Positions 16,795 to 25,140 of a stretch of DNA of 43,673 bases are shown piece after piece. Position 1 is the stretch's first letter. Every line of letters begins with the position of its first letter. The DNA lies in assembly GCA_964436185.1 (NCBI GenBank), contig CAYTDR010000001.1, positions 1 to 43,673 on the forward strand. The letters are read 5' to 3'. The notes under the pieces are model-generated. The model did not search any database. It was not told the DNA's origin and was given only the letters and a program-made list of their open reading frames with translations. A program made the translations under genes and the position numbers. The DNA comes from an uncultured Candidatus Obscuribacterales bacterium (GTDB taxonomy: Bacteria > Cyanobacteriota > Vampirovibrionia > Obscuribacterales > Obscuribacteraceae).

Positions 16795-18439
16795 CAGCCC
16801 TCAGTCTGCTGGCGGTCAAGGCGGTGAAGCCGATGGAGCGGTGCCGCTGCAGATCAGCCCATCGCTAAAGAAGCTATGGTTTGGCTTCCTTTCGGGTCTG
16901 ATCTTTTGGCTGGTTCTCACTTACGGTCATACTTTCATGCTGTTGGCCAGCAAACAGCTGTTCATCTACAAACAAAATGGAAGCGTATTCATCAACGACT
17001 TCCTCGTTTTCTACAACAGCGGCTCGCTTGCCTGGGATTCGTTGCGAGAGGGGATCAACTTCTATGATCCCGCTGTTCAAAAAGCTGGCATGGACCATCT
17101 TATGGGAGAGCCTCGCGAGCAGATATTCTATTCGCAAAACCCTCCTCATGTTTTCGCACTTCTCATGCCGATTGCCCTGGCACCGATCGAATGGTCGTGG
17201 ATTATATGGGTTTTAGTCGCTACGGCAGGCATCCTTTTCTCAACAGAGTCTCTTCTCAGACAAACAACTACTCTGCACGGAAAGTTCACGCGCGTATTTG
17301 CGTTTGTATCTGTCTTCTCTGCCTTTCCAACCTGGCTTTGCATCAAGCTGGGTCAGGTTTCTCTTCTGGCGTTTCCTGCCTATGTGTGGTTCTGGATTTC
17401 GCTGAAGCAGAAGAAGTGGTTCCGTGCCGGTCTCCTCGGGGGATTCTGCCTGATCAAACTGCAATACGCACCGATTATCTTCCTCACCGGTGCCATTCTC
17501 GGCGGTATCAGATTCATTGCCGGATACTCCATTGTGGCTCTGTTACTGTTCACCATTCCCGGACTGCTCTTTGGTTGGCAAACCTGGTTACGCTATCCGG
17601 AAGCGCTACGCTACTCAGTTGAAAGCACACAGGTAACCGGTGTCAACCCTGACGGGCAGCAGAACTTGAGAGGGCAGTTGTACGTTCTTTTCAATGGAGA
17701 GGAACCGGCCATGCGCATGGCGATCACGGCTATGTGGATAATCACTGCTATGATAGTCGCCTTTATGTGGTGGCGCGCAAAAAATCGTGGCGCCCTCGTC
17801 GCTGGTTCAGAAGCAGTTGCCGGAACTGGTCCCAGCGGACTAACTGATACAGGTTCAGATGCGGTCGCACGAACTGTTCCTAGCGGACTAACTGATGCAG
17901 GTTCAGATTCACTTGACGACGGAACTGGTCCCAGCGCAGTCGCTGGTTCAAGCGACGCGTCAGACGCCGCATCGGACTCGCTCGAGCTAATGGTCGATTC
18001 CACCGGCGACAGCTCGAGCGTGAGTGCCGATCCGGCAATGAAGAGCGAATCAAAATCGAACGACAGCAGCGGCATCGTACAGCGCCGTTTCATGATATTC
18101 GCATCGTTGTCCGTCCTTGCTCAACTCATTGCAAGTCCTCACACTCACTCCCAAGACTACATTTTCGTGTCATTGACATGTCTCTGGCTGATGGACGGAC
18201 TTATCGGCTACTTTCCTCTAATGGACCCTCCGCCCCTTGGTCAAGGCAAGAAAGCCAATCAAACTATCCTGATCTTCATGCGAGGCCTGTTGATCGGTTT
18301 TTCAATTCTGAGCTGGGTCGGTTTTATGTACACAAAGATGCTCCCAGTTTTCTTCCAACCGCTCCTGCTCTGGGCTGTCACAGTTCTGCTTCTGGCGGTC
18401 GCCGCCCTGGCAACAGCGAAGAGAAAATTGCCTGACTAG
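16787..18439 (+). CDS. Polytopic membrane protein, GT87/DUF2029-like glycosyltransferase, with a Ser/Asp/Gly/Thr-rich repeat insertion
   Basis: 550 aa with multiple TM segments. The N-terminal loop 'INDFLVFYNSGSLAW' resembles the DUF2029/GT87 motif. Overlaps the upstream stop by 8 nt (ATGGATAG). Confidence 0.5.
   Translation: MDSSPQSAGGQGGEADGAVPLQISPSLKKLWFGFLSGLIFWLVLTYGHTFMLLASKQLFIYKQNGSVFINDFLVFYNSGSLAWDSLREGINFYDPAVQKAGMDHLMGEPREQIFYSQNPPHVFALLMPIALAPIEWSWIIWVLVATAGILFSTESLLRQTTTLHGKFTRVFAFVSVFSAFPTWLCIKLGQVSLLAFPAYVWFWISLKQKKWFRAGLLGGFCLIKLQYAPIIFLTGAILGGIRFIAGYSIVALLLFTIPGLLFGWQTWLRYPEALRYSVESTQVTGVNPDGQQNLRGQLYVLFNGEEPAMRMAITAMWIITAMIVAFMWWRAKNRGALVAGSEAVAGTGPSGLTDTGSDAVARTVPSGLTDAGSDSLDDGTGPSAVAGSSDASDAASDSLELMVDSTGDSSSVSADPAMKSESKSNDSSGIVQRRFMIFASLSVLAQLIASPHTHSQDYIFVSLTCLWLMDGLIGYFPLMDPPPLGQGKKANQTILIFMRGLLIGFSILSWVGFMYTKMLPVFFQPLLLWAVTVLLLAVAALATAKRKLPD
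17804..17950 (+). repeat. In-frame 48-bp tandem repeat (about 3 units) inside the GT87-like CDS
   Basis: Units start at 17804, 17852 and 17900 ('ggttcaga.gc.gt.gc..gaactg.tcc.agcggactaactgat.ca'). They encode GSEAVAGTGPSGLTDT / GSDAVARTVPSGLTDA / GSDSLDDGTGPS... Confidence 0.85.
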
Positions 18440-18819
18440 ATCCCGCTTTACAGCATCGTAACGCGTAACGGTATAGTTAACAGATGGAACTTCTGTATTT
18501 ACCATTTGATGAAGCGTTCATCGGTAACGCCCTGCGTTACAGGAAATTTCATATTCACTAGGGAATACAAGTTGAAAAGATACACGGACTGACAGCCAGA
18601 AGGTGGATTGGTGCCTGAATTAGCGACTTCCCGACCTCTAATTTTGATCAAACATCCGACTCTAGTGATAGATGCGAATAAATTACGGAACATAGAACAG
18701 ATCTAGCAGCCCTTTCGATTGTAAGGTTTTGCCACAGTGTCTCTTTCGATTCTTTCCGGTGCTGTTTCTTCGGCTCCAGTGAGGTATATATTTTATGGCC
18801 AACTCTGAGGTATTCCTAA

Positions 18820-20634
18820 ATGCCATTATTTGATTCCTTCCAATCTGGTGCTGCTCAAGTCATAAAACTCTCCCGGATGAGTTCGATACCTACGACGGAA
18901 GATCTCAAATATGCTCTTGCCGAGTCGAAACGACACAATAAGCCAGTCGAGTTGCCCTTCGAAAACAACCGATGTCTTTTCATAATCCGTGTAGTTCAAA
19001 TTGGGAATAAGAGTCCCCATTGGACGTTTCAGCGAGGAGAAGGGCCACAAGCACGGGTGGTCTGGACGCGTGAGTCCACCGAAGTCATGATGATTCAGAA
19101 CAAAGTCAAAGTTGAATCCAGTTATGAAACGGGCACACAAATGCCAGCCTACAATCCGGAAGATGGCTACGAAGAGGCTGAGGATCCCAATGCTCAGGAT
19201 GGTTACGGACAACAACCTGGCTCCAACCAAGGAGATCTTGCTCAGCAACAGCAGATGTATGGACAGAGTGGTAGCTATGCGCAGGCCTATCTCCAACAGG
19301 CCGGTTCTTACGATTCAGCCAGCTTTCAACTAGCTGCAGATGAACAGGCAGCGCTTCAGGACAGTGGAAGATATCAACAAGCCGCAGCTTCGCCTGCCGC
19401 CCAAGCAAATCCATTCGCACCAGGCGGAAATCAGGGAGCCTCTGCTCAGGGGAACAAGATTCTTCTAGCACCGAAAAACTTCATCGGCTTTGGAGCGGCT
19501 CCCCAAGCGGCGGAAGAACCGGCTCAGATGGAGCCTCAAACTCAACCCGGTTTTGGTGCGCCACCACCGGCGGCGATGCAGGCGCCAGATCAAGCTCAGC
19601 GGCCCTTCAACAATCCGAATGCGCTGGCGCCACCGCCGGCGACATCGCAATTTCAGGGTCAGATGCAACCGGGAGGCGATCCAAACGTGTTCAGCGCGCC
19701 ACCTTCACCCATGCAGTTTCAAGAGCAGGGAGATCCTAATGTGTTCGGCACATCACCGTCAGCTGTGCCGTTTCAGGGACAGGGTGATCCCAATGTATAC
19801 GGCGCTCCGTCCCCGCAGTTACAAGCACAGCTGCAAGCCCAGCCACCAGCACCGATGGCGCCGGCAGTGACACCACCTAAAGCGCTGCCACCACGACCCA
19901 GTTCTGGTTCTACCAGCGGTTCCGAGATGCAAGCTCCGATTCCGCAACCAGCCTTTCCGCCTCCACATCCCGCGGCAGCACCGCCGCCGCCTCCACCTCA
20001 AATTCAGTCCCTGCCACCACTACCTAGTTTCAATGCCGCCGGTATTGGCAGTCCCGTGCTCCAACCAGAGCCAGTGAAGCTCGAGTTGCCACCACCGTAT
20101 GAGTTCGATCCGAACGTCCTCCCGGTCTTTCTCGATAAATGCACAGACCTATCTACGGGATTAGCTTCTTTCGATGCGTTCGCGTTCTTCATTCACCGGG
20201 CGTTCATCCGCTGGGAGCAGAGAGGAACAAGCTTTGCCGTAGTAATTCTGGAGCTGACAATCCACCACGAAGGACAAATTTACAGTCTTCCCACCGATGC
20301 ACTGGGAATCGTAGCTGACCGCATCCACTACATTTCGAATCCACTAGACATCTCCTCACGCCTCCCAGAGGGAGAGTTTATAACTCTTCTGTCGGATTGT
20401 GATGGTGAGTTGGCCTTTCAATTTGCAGAGCAAGTTTACTCAGCCATGGTCAGCACTCCGCTCCTCTCCGATTTGCACGCGGCGTCAATCGAAGCGTCAA
20501 TCAATGCTGCCGTCGGTGTCGCCGCTCTTCCGGAATCATGCGATGACCTGGGTGTCTTGATCGCCGCCGCTCGAACGGCCAAGGAATTAGCCAAGTCGAA
20601 CAATCCACCTTGTATGCTTTATCCTCGGCATTAG
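18820..20634 (+). CDS. Three-part protein: unknown N-terminal domain, P/Q-rich disordered linker, degenerate GGDEF-like C-terminal domain
   Basis: The C-terminus 'SFAVVILELT...RLPEGEFITLLSD...AAVGVAAL...LIAAARTAKELAKSNN' aligns by eye to the GGDEF fold. PEGEF replaces GGDEF at nt 20365-20379. Confidence 0.6.
   Translation: MPLFDSFQSGAAQVIKLSRMSSIPTTEDLKYALAESKRHNKPVELPFENNRCLFIIRVVQIGNKSPHWTFQRGEGPQARVVWTRESTEVMMIQNKVKVESSYETGTQMPAYNPEDGYEEAEDPNAQDGYGQQPGSNQGDLAQQQQMYGQSGSYAQAYLQQAGSYDSASFQLAADEQAALQDSGRYQQAAASPAAQANPFAPGGNQGASAQGNKILLAPKNFIGFGAAPQAAEEPAQMEPQTQPGFGAPPPAAMQAPDQAQRPFNNPNALAPPPATSQFQGQMQPGGDPNVFSAPPSPMQFQEQGDPNVFGTSPSAVPFQGQGDPNVYGAPSPQLQAQLQAQPPAPMAPAVTPPKALPPRPSSGSTSGSEMQAPIPQPAFPPPHPAAAPPPPPPQIQSLPPLPSFNAAGIGSPVLQPEPVKLELPPPYEFDPNVLPVFLDKCTDLSTGLASFDAFAFFIHRAFIRWEQRGTSFAVVILELTIHHEGQIYSLPTDALGIVADRIHYISNPLDISSRLPEGEFITLLSDCDGELAFQFAEQVYSAMVSTPLLSDLHAASIEASINAAVGVAALPESCDDLGVLIAAARTAKELAKSNNPPCMLYPRH
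19675..19836 (+). repeat. In-frame 3 x 54-bp tandem repeat (GDPNV[FY].. 18-aa units)
   Basis: Units begin at 19675, 19729 and 19783, encoding GDPNVFSAPPSPMQFQEQ / GDPNVFGTSPSAVPFQGQ / GDPNVYGAPSPQLQAQLQ. Confidence 0.85.
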
Positions 20635-20777
20635 GTTCTCCACCACTACCGAGCCACCGCTGTCATGCGCCAATCTTGGTGCCTTGATAGATAGATTGAT
20701 TGACTGATCGCGATTGAGATAGCGGTCGATTCTTGATCCTTAAGTATGTAATTCGCCTTCGGTAGGTATTTTCCTGG

Positions 20778-21374
20778 CTACTCGTATCGTCTTATCAACG
20801 CTGTAATCGACTCATCGGGTTGTTGGAAGCCGGATCTAACGTGCAATGCTTTTCGTCTCGTCTCATTAAAGAAGTAATGCAATCGCAGGAGAAGTCCGTA
20901 TTCATCGGTTAGCTCAAAGCCTGTGATCAAAAATCCGAATCGGAGTTTCGGCAATATCACACCATTATCGGTGGCATAGTGCCTGCTGTAGAGACATTGA
21001 AATCCTAGCTCCTTCAGATGACTGGCTATTACTTGAAGGTAAGCCGAGTAGATGCCTTTGCCCTGATATTGAGGAAGAATTCCAGTGGTGGCCATGCGAA
21101 ATGTGTCGGCGCTTACTTGAAGACCATAGCTCCAACCAATCATCTCGTCATTATAAAAGAACCCGAGTCGCAGCTCATATGGATCGCCCATTCGTCTACC
21201 AAGTGCTTCGAGCGAATCCTTCTCGTTCTGCGAATAAGCATTCGTCACGTACATGTCGAAGCGATTTGGAAAGATAGTCGGTTCATGCGAACGTCTGAAT
21301 TCATCATAGTCCTGACGTGGAATCTCTTTTAGCGTGTATTGCTCTTTAAGGGTTCCGAAGGTTTGGGTCTGCAT
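20778..21374 (-). CDS. GNAT-family N-acetyltransferase
   Basis: Acetyl-CoA motif A 'GILPQYQGKGIYSAYLQVIASHLKELGF'. Start moved to the ATG at 21374, which has a GGAGA RBS and avoids abutting the rsgA stop. Confidence 0.75.
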   Translation of the reverse strand: MQTQTFGTLKEQYTLKEIPRQDYDEFRRSHEPTIFPNRFDMYVTNAYSQNEKDSLEALGRRMGDPYELRLGFFYNDEMIGWSYGLQVSADTFRMATTGILPQYQGKGIYSAYLQVIASHLKELGFQCLYSRHYATDNGVILPKLRFGFLITGFELTDEYGLLLRLHYFFNETRRKALHVRSGFQQPDESITALIRRYE

Positions 21375-21451
21375 CTTAGTTCTCCAAAAACTAGAGTAAG
21401 ACAACATTAATTGGGATTTTTCATTTACATGGAAATTCTGGCGCCAAGCCA

Positions 21452-22759
21452 CTAATCCGGCTCTGGCAACTCTTCTTCGTTCTCGTTGTCTTCGTCAACG
21501 AGCATGTCGCTGGTCAATTTCTGTTTTTCATGGCGCCGCGAAGACTGGCGATACTTCGAATTCAGAATGGGGATGTACTTTGCTTTTCCTTTGCCTTTGT
21601 CGCCGCCGACACGCTTCACAGCTGCTTCGATTTTCGACGAGACATCGCGCTTTTGCAGTTGAATCTCCATCGCTTCGGAGACTAGGATTACATAGCTTTC
21701 ATACCGAAGGCTTGTAACCATGGTTCGTTCAGGTGAGATGCCGGCCTCAGCAGTTGGTTCTTTAGTTTCGTCATCACCTTCAACTATCTGCGAACCAGGT
21801 ACATCAGAATTCAACGAGATATCGGAATCCTCATCCTCATCGGCTTTTGATATTGATTCATCTACCAGGTTTTCGCCATTCTCCGTGGTGCCATCTAGAT
21901 CTTCGCTGGTGATTTCTTCTTCATATCCTTCGACACACTCACGCACGCGACAGCCTTTTTCGACCAGATGCAGGCAATTGGAGAATTTGCATTCCTTGCG
22001 AAGCAGGTCTATTTCAGGGAATTGAAACATCACGTCGAGCGGCTCGGGATGCTTCAGCTCCTGCAAATTGAAACCGGGAGTGTCAGCAACCCATGCAGGA
22101 ATGCTATCCGGAGAACCGCCTCCGACCAGATACAGCTTGCTATACGTGGTTGTCTGCCTTCCTACGCCAAAATCATTGTCCATCACGCCAATTTTGAGCT
22201 TGAGCCCAGGCTCGAGCGTGTTCAACAGACTAGACTTCCCTACACCGGAAGGACCAGCAAACACTGTAATCCTCCCGGGCAAGACACCTTCCAGTTCCTT
22301 CATTCCCAGCTCTTTTCGTGCCGATACCAGCAAAACCTTGTAACCAAGCGTTTCATAAATTGCTCGTAAGGAATCACGATCCTGCTCGCTGATCAGATCA
22401 CATTTGTTAAAACATAAGATCGGCATGGAGCCCGGCAATTCGAGCTGAAAATGAACAATGTAACGGTCGCACCAGAGCTGGTTCCACTCAGGTTGGCGAA
22501 CTGCCTGTACAATAATGACTTGATCGACATTGGCAATCATCGGGCGCGACAAAAGGCTCCACCTTCTTCGACAAGCTGTGATGACCGCTGTGCCAGCGTC
22601 GAAATCCAGATCCTCAAGGCTAACTCGATCGCCCGTTAGGATCGCAATACGCTCCTTTTTTAAGCGCTTTCGCGCCTGGCACTGAAGAGTAACGTTGAGC
22701 TGCGGCTCAAAAACTAAATAGCCGCCAGCGTGACTCCTCAATACAGTACCTTCAGTCAT
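21452..22759 (-). CDS. rsgA: Ribosome small-subunit-dependent GTPase A (circularly permuted GTPase) with acidic insertion and charged C-terminal tail
   Basis: Permuted G-motif order: NKCD (G4), GPSGVGKS (G1), DTPG (G3). Zinc knuckle 'CKFSNCLHLVEKGC'. At 435 aa it is much longer than typical RsgA. Confidence 0.85.
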   Translation of the reverse strand: MTEGTVLRSHAGGYLVFEPQLNVTLQCQARKRLKKERIAILTGDRVSLEDLDFDAGTAVITACRRRWSLLSRPMIANVDQVIIVQAVRQPEWNQLWCDRYIVHFQLELPGSMPILCFNKCDLISEQDRDSLRAIYETLGYKVLLVSARKELGMKELEGVLPGRITVFAGPSGVGKSSLLNTLEPGLKLKIGVMDNDFGVGRQTTTYSKLYLVGGGSPDSIPAWVADTPGFNLQELKHPEPLDVMFQFPEIDLLRKECKFSNCLHLVEKGCRVRECVEGYEEEITSEDLDGTTENGENLVDESISKADEDEDSDISLNSDVPGSQIVEGDDETKEPTAEAGISPERTMVTSLRYESYVILVSEAMEIQLQKRDVSSKIEAAVKRVGGDKGKGKAKYIPILNSKYRQSSRRHEKQKLTSDMLVDEDNENEEELPEPD

Positions 22760-22843
22760 ATAAAGAGTTTGAATATGAGTTCAACAATCAGCATTCCAAA
22801 AACACCTGCGCCCTTAAGAATACAACAACAGACGACCAGAACC

Positions 22844-24646
22844 ATGAATGAAAAAAGGGACCTCAATCGCATTCGCAATATCGCGATCATCGCTCACGTT
22901 GACCACGGAAAAACAACCCTGGTCGATGGATTTCTTCATCAAAGCGGTGTTTTCCGCCAGAACCAGGAAGTCGAGGAATGCGTCATGGATTCCAACGATC
23001 TGGAGCGCGAGCGCGGCATCACGATTCTGGCAAAAAATACTGCCATCTATCACGACGACCATCTGATAAACATCGTGGACACTCCCGGTCACGCTGACTT
23101 CGGAGGCGAAGTCGAGCGAATTCTTGGAATGGTGGACGGAGCGCTTCTCGTGGTGGACGCTGCCGAAGGTCCCATGCCTCAGACACGTTTCGTCCTGCGA
23201 AAATCTCTCGAGCGCGGATTAAGACCGATTGTGGTAATCAACAAAATCGACCGACCCAACATCGATCCACACATCGCGGTGGACAAAGTATTTGATCTGT
23301 TCGTCGAATTAGGCGCGGACGATCGGCAACTAGACTTCCCATACATATTTGCCTCCGGCGTGAAGGGCATTTCGACTCATGACCTGGAACAGCCAGGAGA
23401 GAGTCTGCAACCGTTGCTCGACCTGATGATCAAGCATTGCCCGGCACCGAAAGGCGATCCTGAGCATGCTCTGCAGATGCAGGTGAGCATCCTCGACTAC
23501 AGCGACTATCTAGGCAGAATCGTAATCGGTCGCATATATAACGGACAAATCAGCTCCGGCCAGCAGGTCACTCTCCTGACCGAATCCGGACAGAACGCTC
23601 AGGGCAAAATCACCAAGCTGTTTACTTTCCACGGACTGAAACGGCTGGAAGCAGATACCGCTTACGCTGGTGAAATCGTGGCGATAGCCGGTATCGCAGA
23701 CGCCAATGTTGGCGACACCATATGCGACATCGAGACACTTAACGCATTGCCACGCATCAAAGTGGATGAGCCAACGATGAAGATGTCCTTCCTCGTCAAC
23801 GACAGCCCATTTGCCGGCACTGAAGGCAAATTCGTGACTTCCAGACAGTTGCGATCCAGACTGATCAAAGAGCTCGAAACCAACGTCAGCTTGCGCGTAG
23901 AAGATACAGACAGCACCGATACCTTCATAGTCAGCGGTCGGGGCGAGTTGCATCTGGGAATTTTGATTGAGACAATGCGACGTGAGGGTTACGAATTCCA
24001 GGTCTCCAGACCGGAAGTAATCCTGAAGGAGATCAACGGAGTCAATCACGAACCGTTCGAACGTCTTCTCATCGACGTGGCAGAAGATTACACAGGAGCA
24101 GTCATGCAGGCTCTGGGACCGAGGAAGGGCGAGCTGCGAAGCATGGCCACTGAAAATTCGCAAACCCTGCTCGAGTTCATCATTCCCACAAGAGGCCTGA
24201 TTGGCTTCCGCTCTGACTTTCTGCGCCTCACGCGCGGCAATGGTGTAATGAACCATGCCTATCTTGAGCATCGCCCGTGGTGCGGTGAGATTGCCAGACA
24301 GCGCAACGGTGTTCTAGTTGCATGGGAAGAAGGACAAGCTACGGCATACGCCATCTTCCAGGCTGAAGACAGAGGATTCTTCTTCATCAAGCCAGGTATC
24401 AACGTCTACAAAGGAATGATCGTCGGCGAAAACTCTCGCCCCCAAGATCTCGACATCAACGTCTGCAAGACCAAAAAGCTATCCAACGTCCGCAGCTCCA
24501 CCGCCGATGTTATGGTGACATTGCAGGCACCGATGGAAATGAATCTGGAAAAATGCCTGGAGTACATTCAAACGGATGAGCTTGTGGAGGTCACTCCCGA
24601 GAGCGTACGAATGCGCAAGAGAGTCAGCAACAAGCGGCTCCGTTAA
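22844..24646 (+). CDS. typA: Translational GTPase TypA/BipA
   Basis: '[19 protein letters not shown]', '[14 protein letters not shown]' and 'NKIDRP', with an EF-G-like domain order. Start set to the ATG at 22844 because the longer ORF (22730) would overlap divergent rsgA. The ATG at 22775 is an alternative. Confidence 0.9.
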   Translation: MNEKRDLNRIRNIAIIAHVDHGKTTLVDGFLHQSGVFRQNQEVEECVMDSNDLERERGITILAKNTAIYHDDHLINIVDTPGHADFGGEVERILGMVDGALLVVDAAEGPMPQTRFVLRKSLERGLRPIVVINKIDRPNIDPHIAVDKVFDLFVELGADDRQLDFPYIFASGVKGISTHDLEQPGESLQPLLDLMIKHCPAPKGDPEHALQMQVSILDYSDYLGRIVIGRIYNGQISSGQQVTLLTESGQNAQGKITKLFTFHGLKRLEADTAYAGEIVAIAGIADANVGDTICDIETLNALPRIKVDEPTMKMSFLVNDSPFAGTEGKFVTSRQLRSRLIKELETNVSLRVEDTDSTDTFIVSGRGELHLGILIETMRREGYEFQVSRPEVILKEINGVNHEPFERLLIDVAEDYTGAVMQALGPRKGELRSMATENSQTLLEFIIPTRGLIGFRSDFLRLTRGNGVMNHAYLEHRPWCGEIARQRNGVLVAWEEGQATAYAIFQAEDRGFFFIKPGINVYKGMIVGENSRPQDLDINVCKTKKLSNVRSSTADVMVTLQAPMEMNLEKCLEYIQTDELVEVTPESVRMRKRVSNKRLR

Positions 24647-24666
24647 GCCCGACTCATCCTTATAGA

Positions 24667-25043
24667 GTGATTTTTCTCACTCGGAAGTCAATTCCGGAGT
24701 ATGCGAACGCGCTAAGTTTGAGTCTAAGAGCGATGTGGGGCAGCAAATTGATGCTGTTCCGACGCCTCAATCCACGACAGCGATTTTTTCAACCGTGAGT
24801 AATTCGGGTTCCAGACAAACGCGCCAACTTTATTTAAGCCGAAAAGCGGTAAGTGAAAAAAGTCGAAGCGATGAGCGAATGACGCTTTTCATCGCCCTCG
24901 ATTCACGACTGTGATTTTTTCAACCCGTGAGCCATTCTGGATCCATACAAACGCGCCAACTTTATTTAACCGAAGAGCGGTAAGTGAAAAAAGTCGAAGC
25001 GATGAGCGAATGACGCTTTTCCATCGCCCTCGATCCAACTGCT
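24667..25043. repeat. Three head-to-tail non-coding repeat units (A 24667-24779, B 24780-24910, C 24911-25043), each with a bulged hairpin
   Basis: Manual alignment: B and C differ by about a dozen substitutions/indels over ~131 nt. A is diverged but keeps the blocks gtgattttt, aacgcgc.aa.ttt, agagcgatg and cctc.at.cacgac. Hairpins lie at 24739-24760, 24868-24895 and 24999-25027. Confidence 0.9.
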
Positions 25044-25140
25044 GCAGGTTCGGTGCCTGGGTTCCCAAATTGTCTCTTGCTTTTCGCGCAGCCTGACTTC
25101 TCAAAGCTCCGGGGCGTGGTCATCCGGAACGGAGCAAAAG

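Noticed and set aside
17611-18093. 160-aa antisense ORF; similarly 23510-24271, 27698-28423, 35718-36431 and many 60-150-aa track ORFs
   Set aside because: They lie antisense or out of frame within genes that carry strong family signatures. They have Arg/Ser/Cys-rich or low-complexity composition and no motifs, so I treat them as shadow ORFs.
22730-22843. Long typA ORF start overlapping the rsgA start
   Set aside because: The conserved TypA N-terminus begins about 10 residues before '[15 protein letters not shown]'. The extension is Ser/Thr/Gln-rich and overlaps the divergent gene.
24667-25043. Possible CRISPR array
   Set aside because: The units are about 113-133 bp and directly abutting, with no unique spacers. 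No cas genes are in the window, and the repeat lengths are outside the CRISPR range.
25057-25073. Sigma54-type promoter (GG-N10-TTG) between the repeat array and the sulfatase-like gene, with the repeats as enhancer sites
   Set aside because: The -12 element reads TTGT rather than the strongly conserved TTGC, and the -24 element lacks the TGGCAC context. It is too weak to call without a matrix score.
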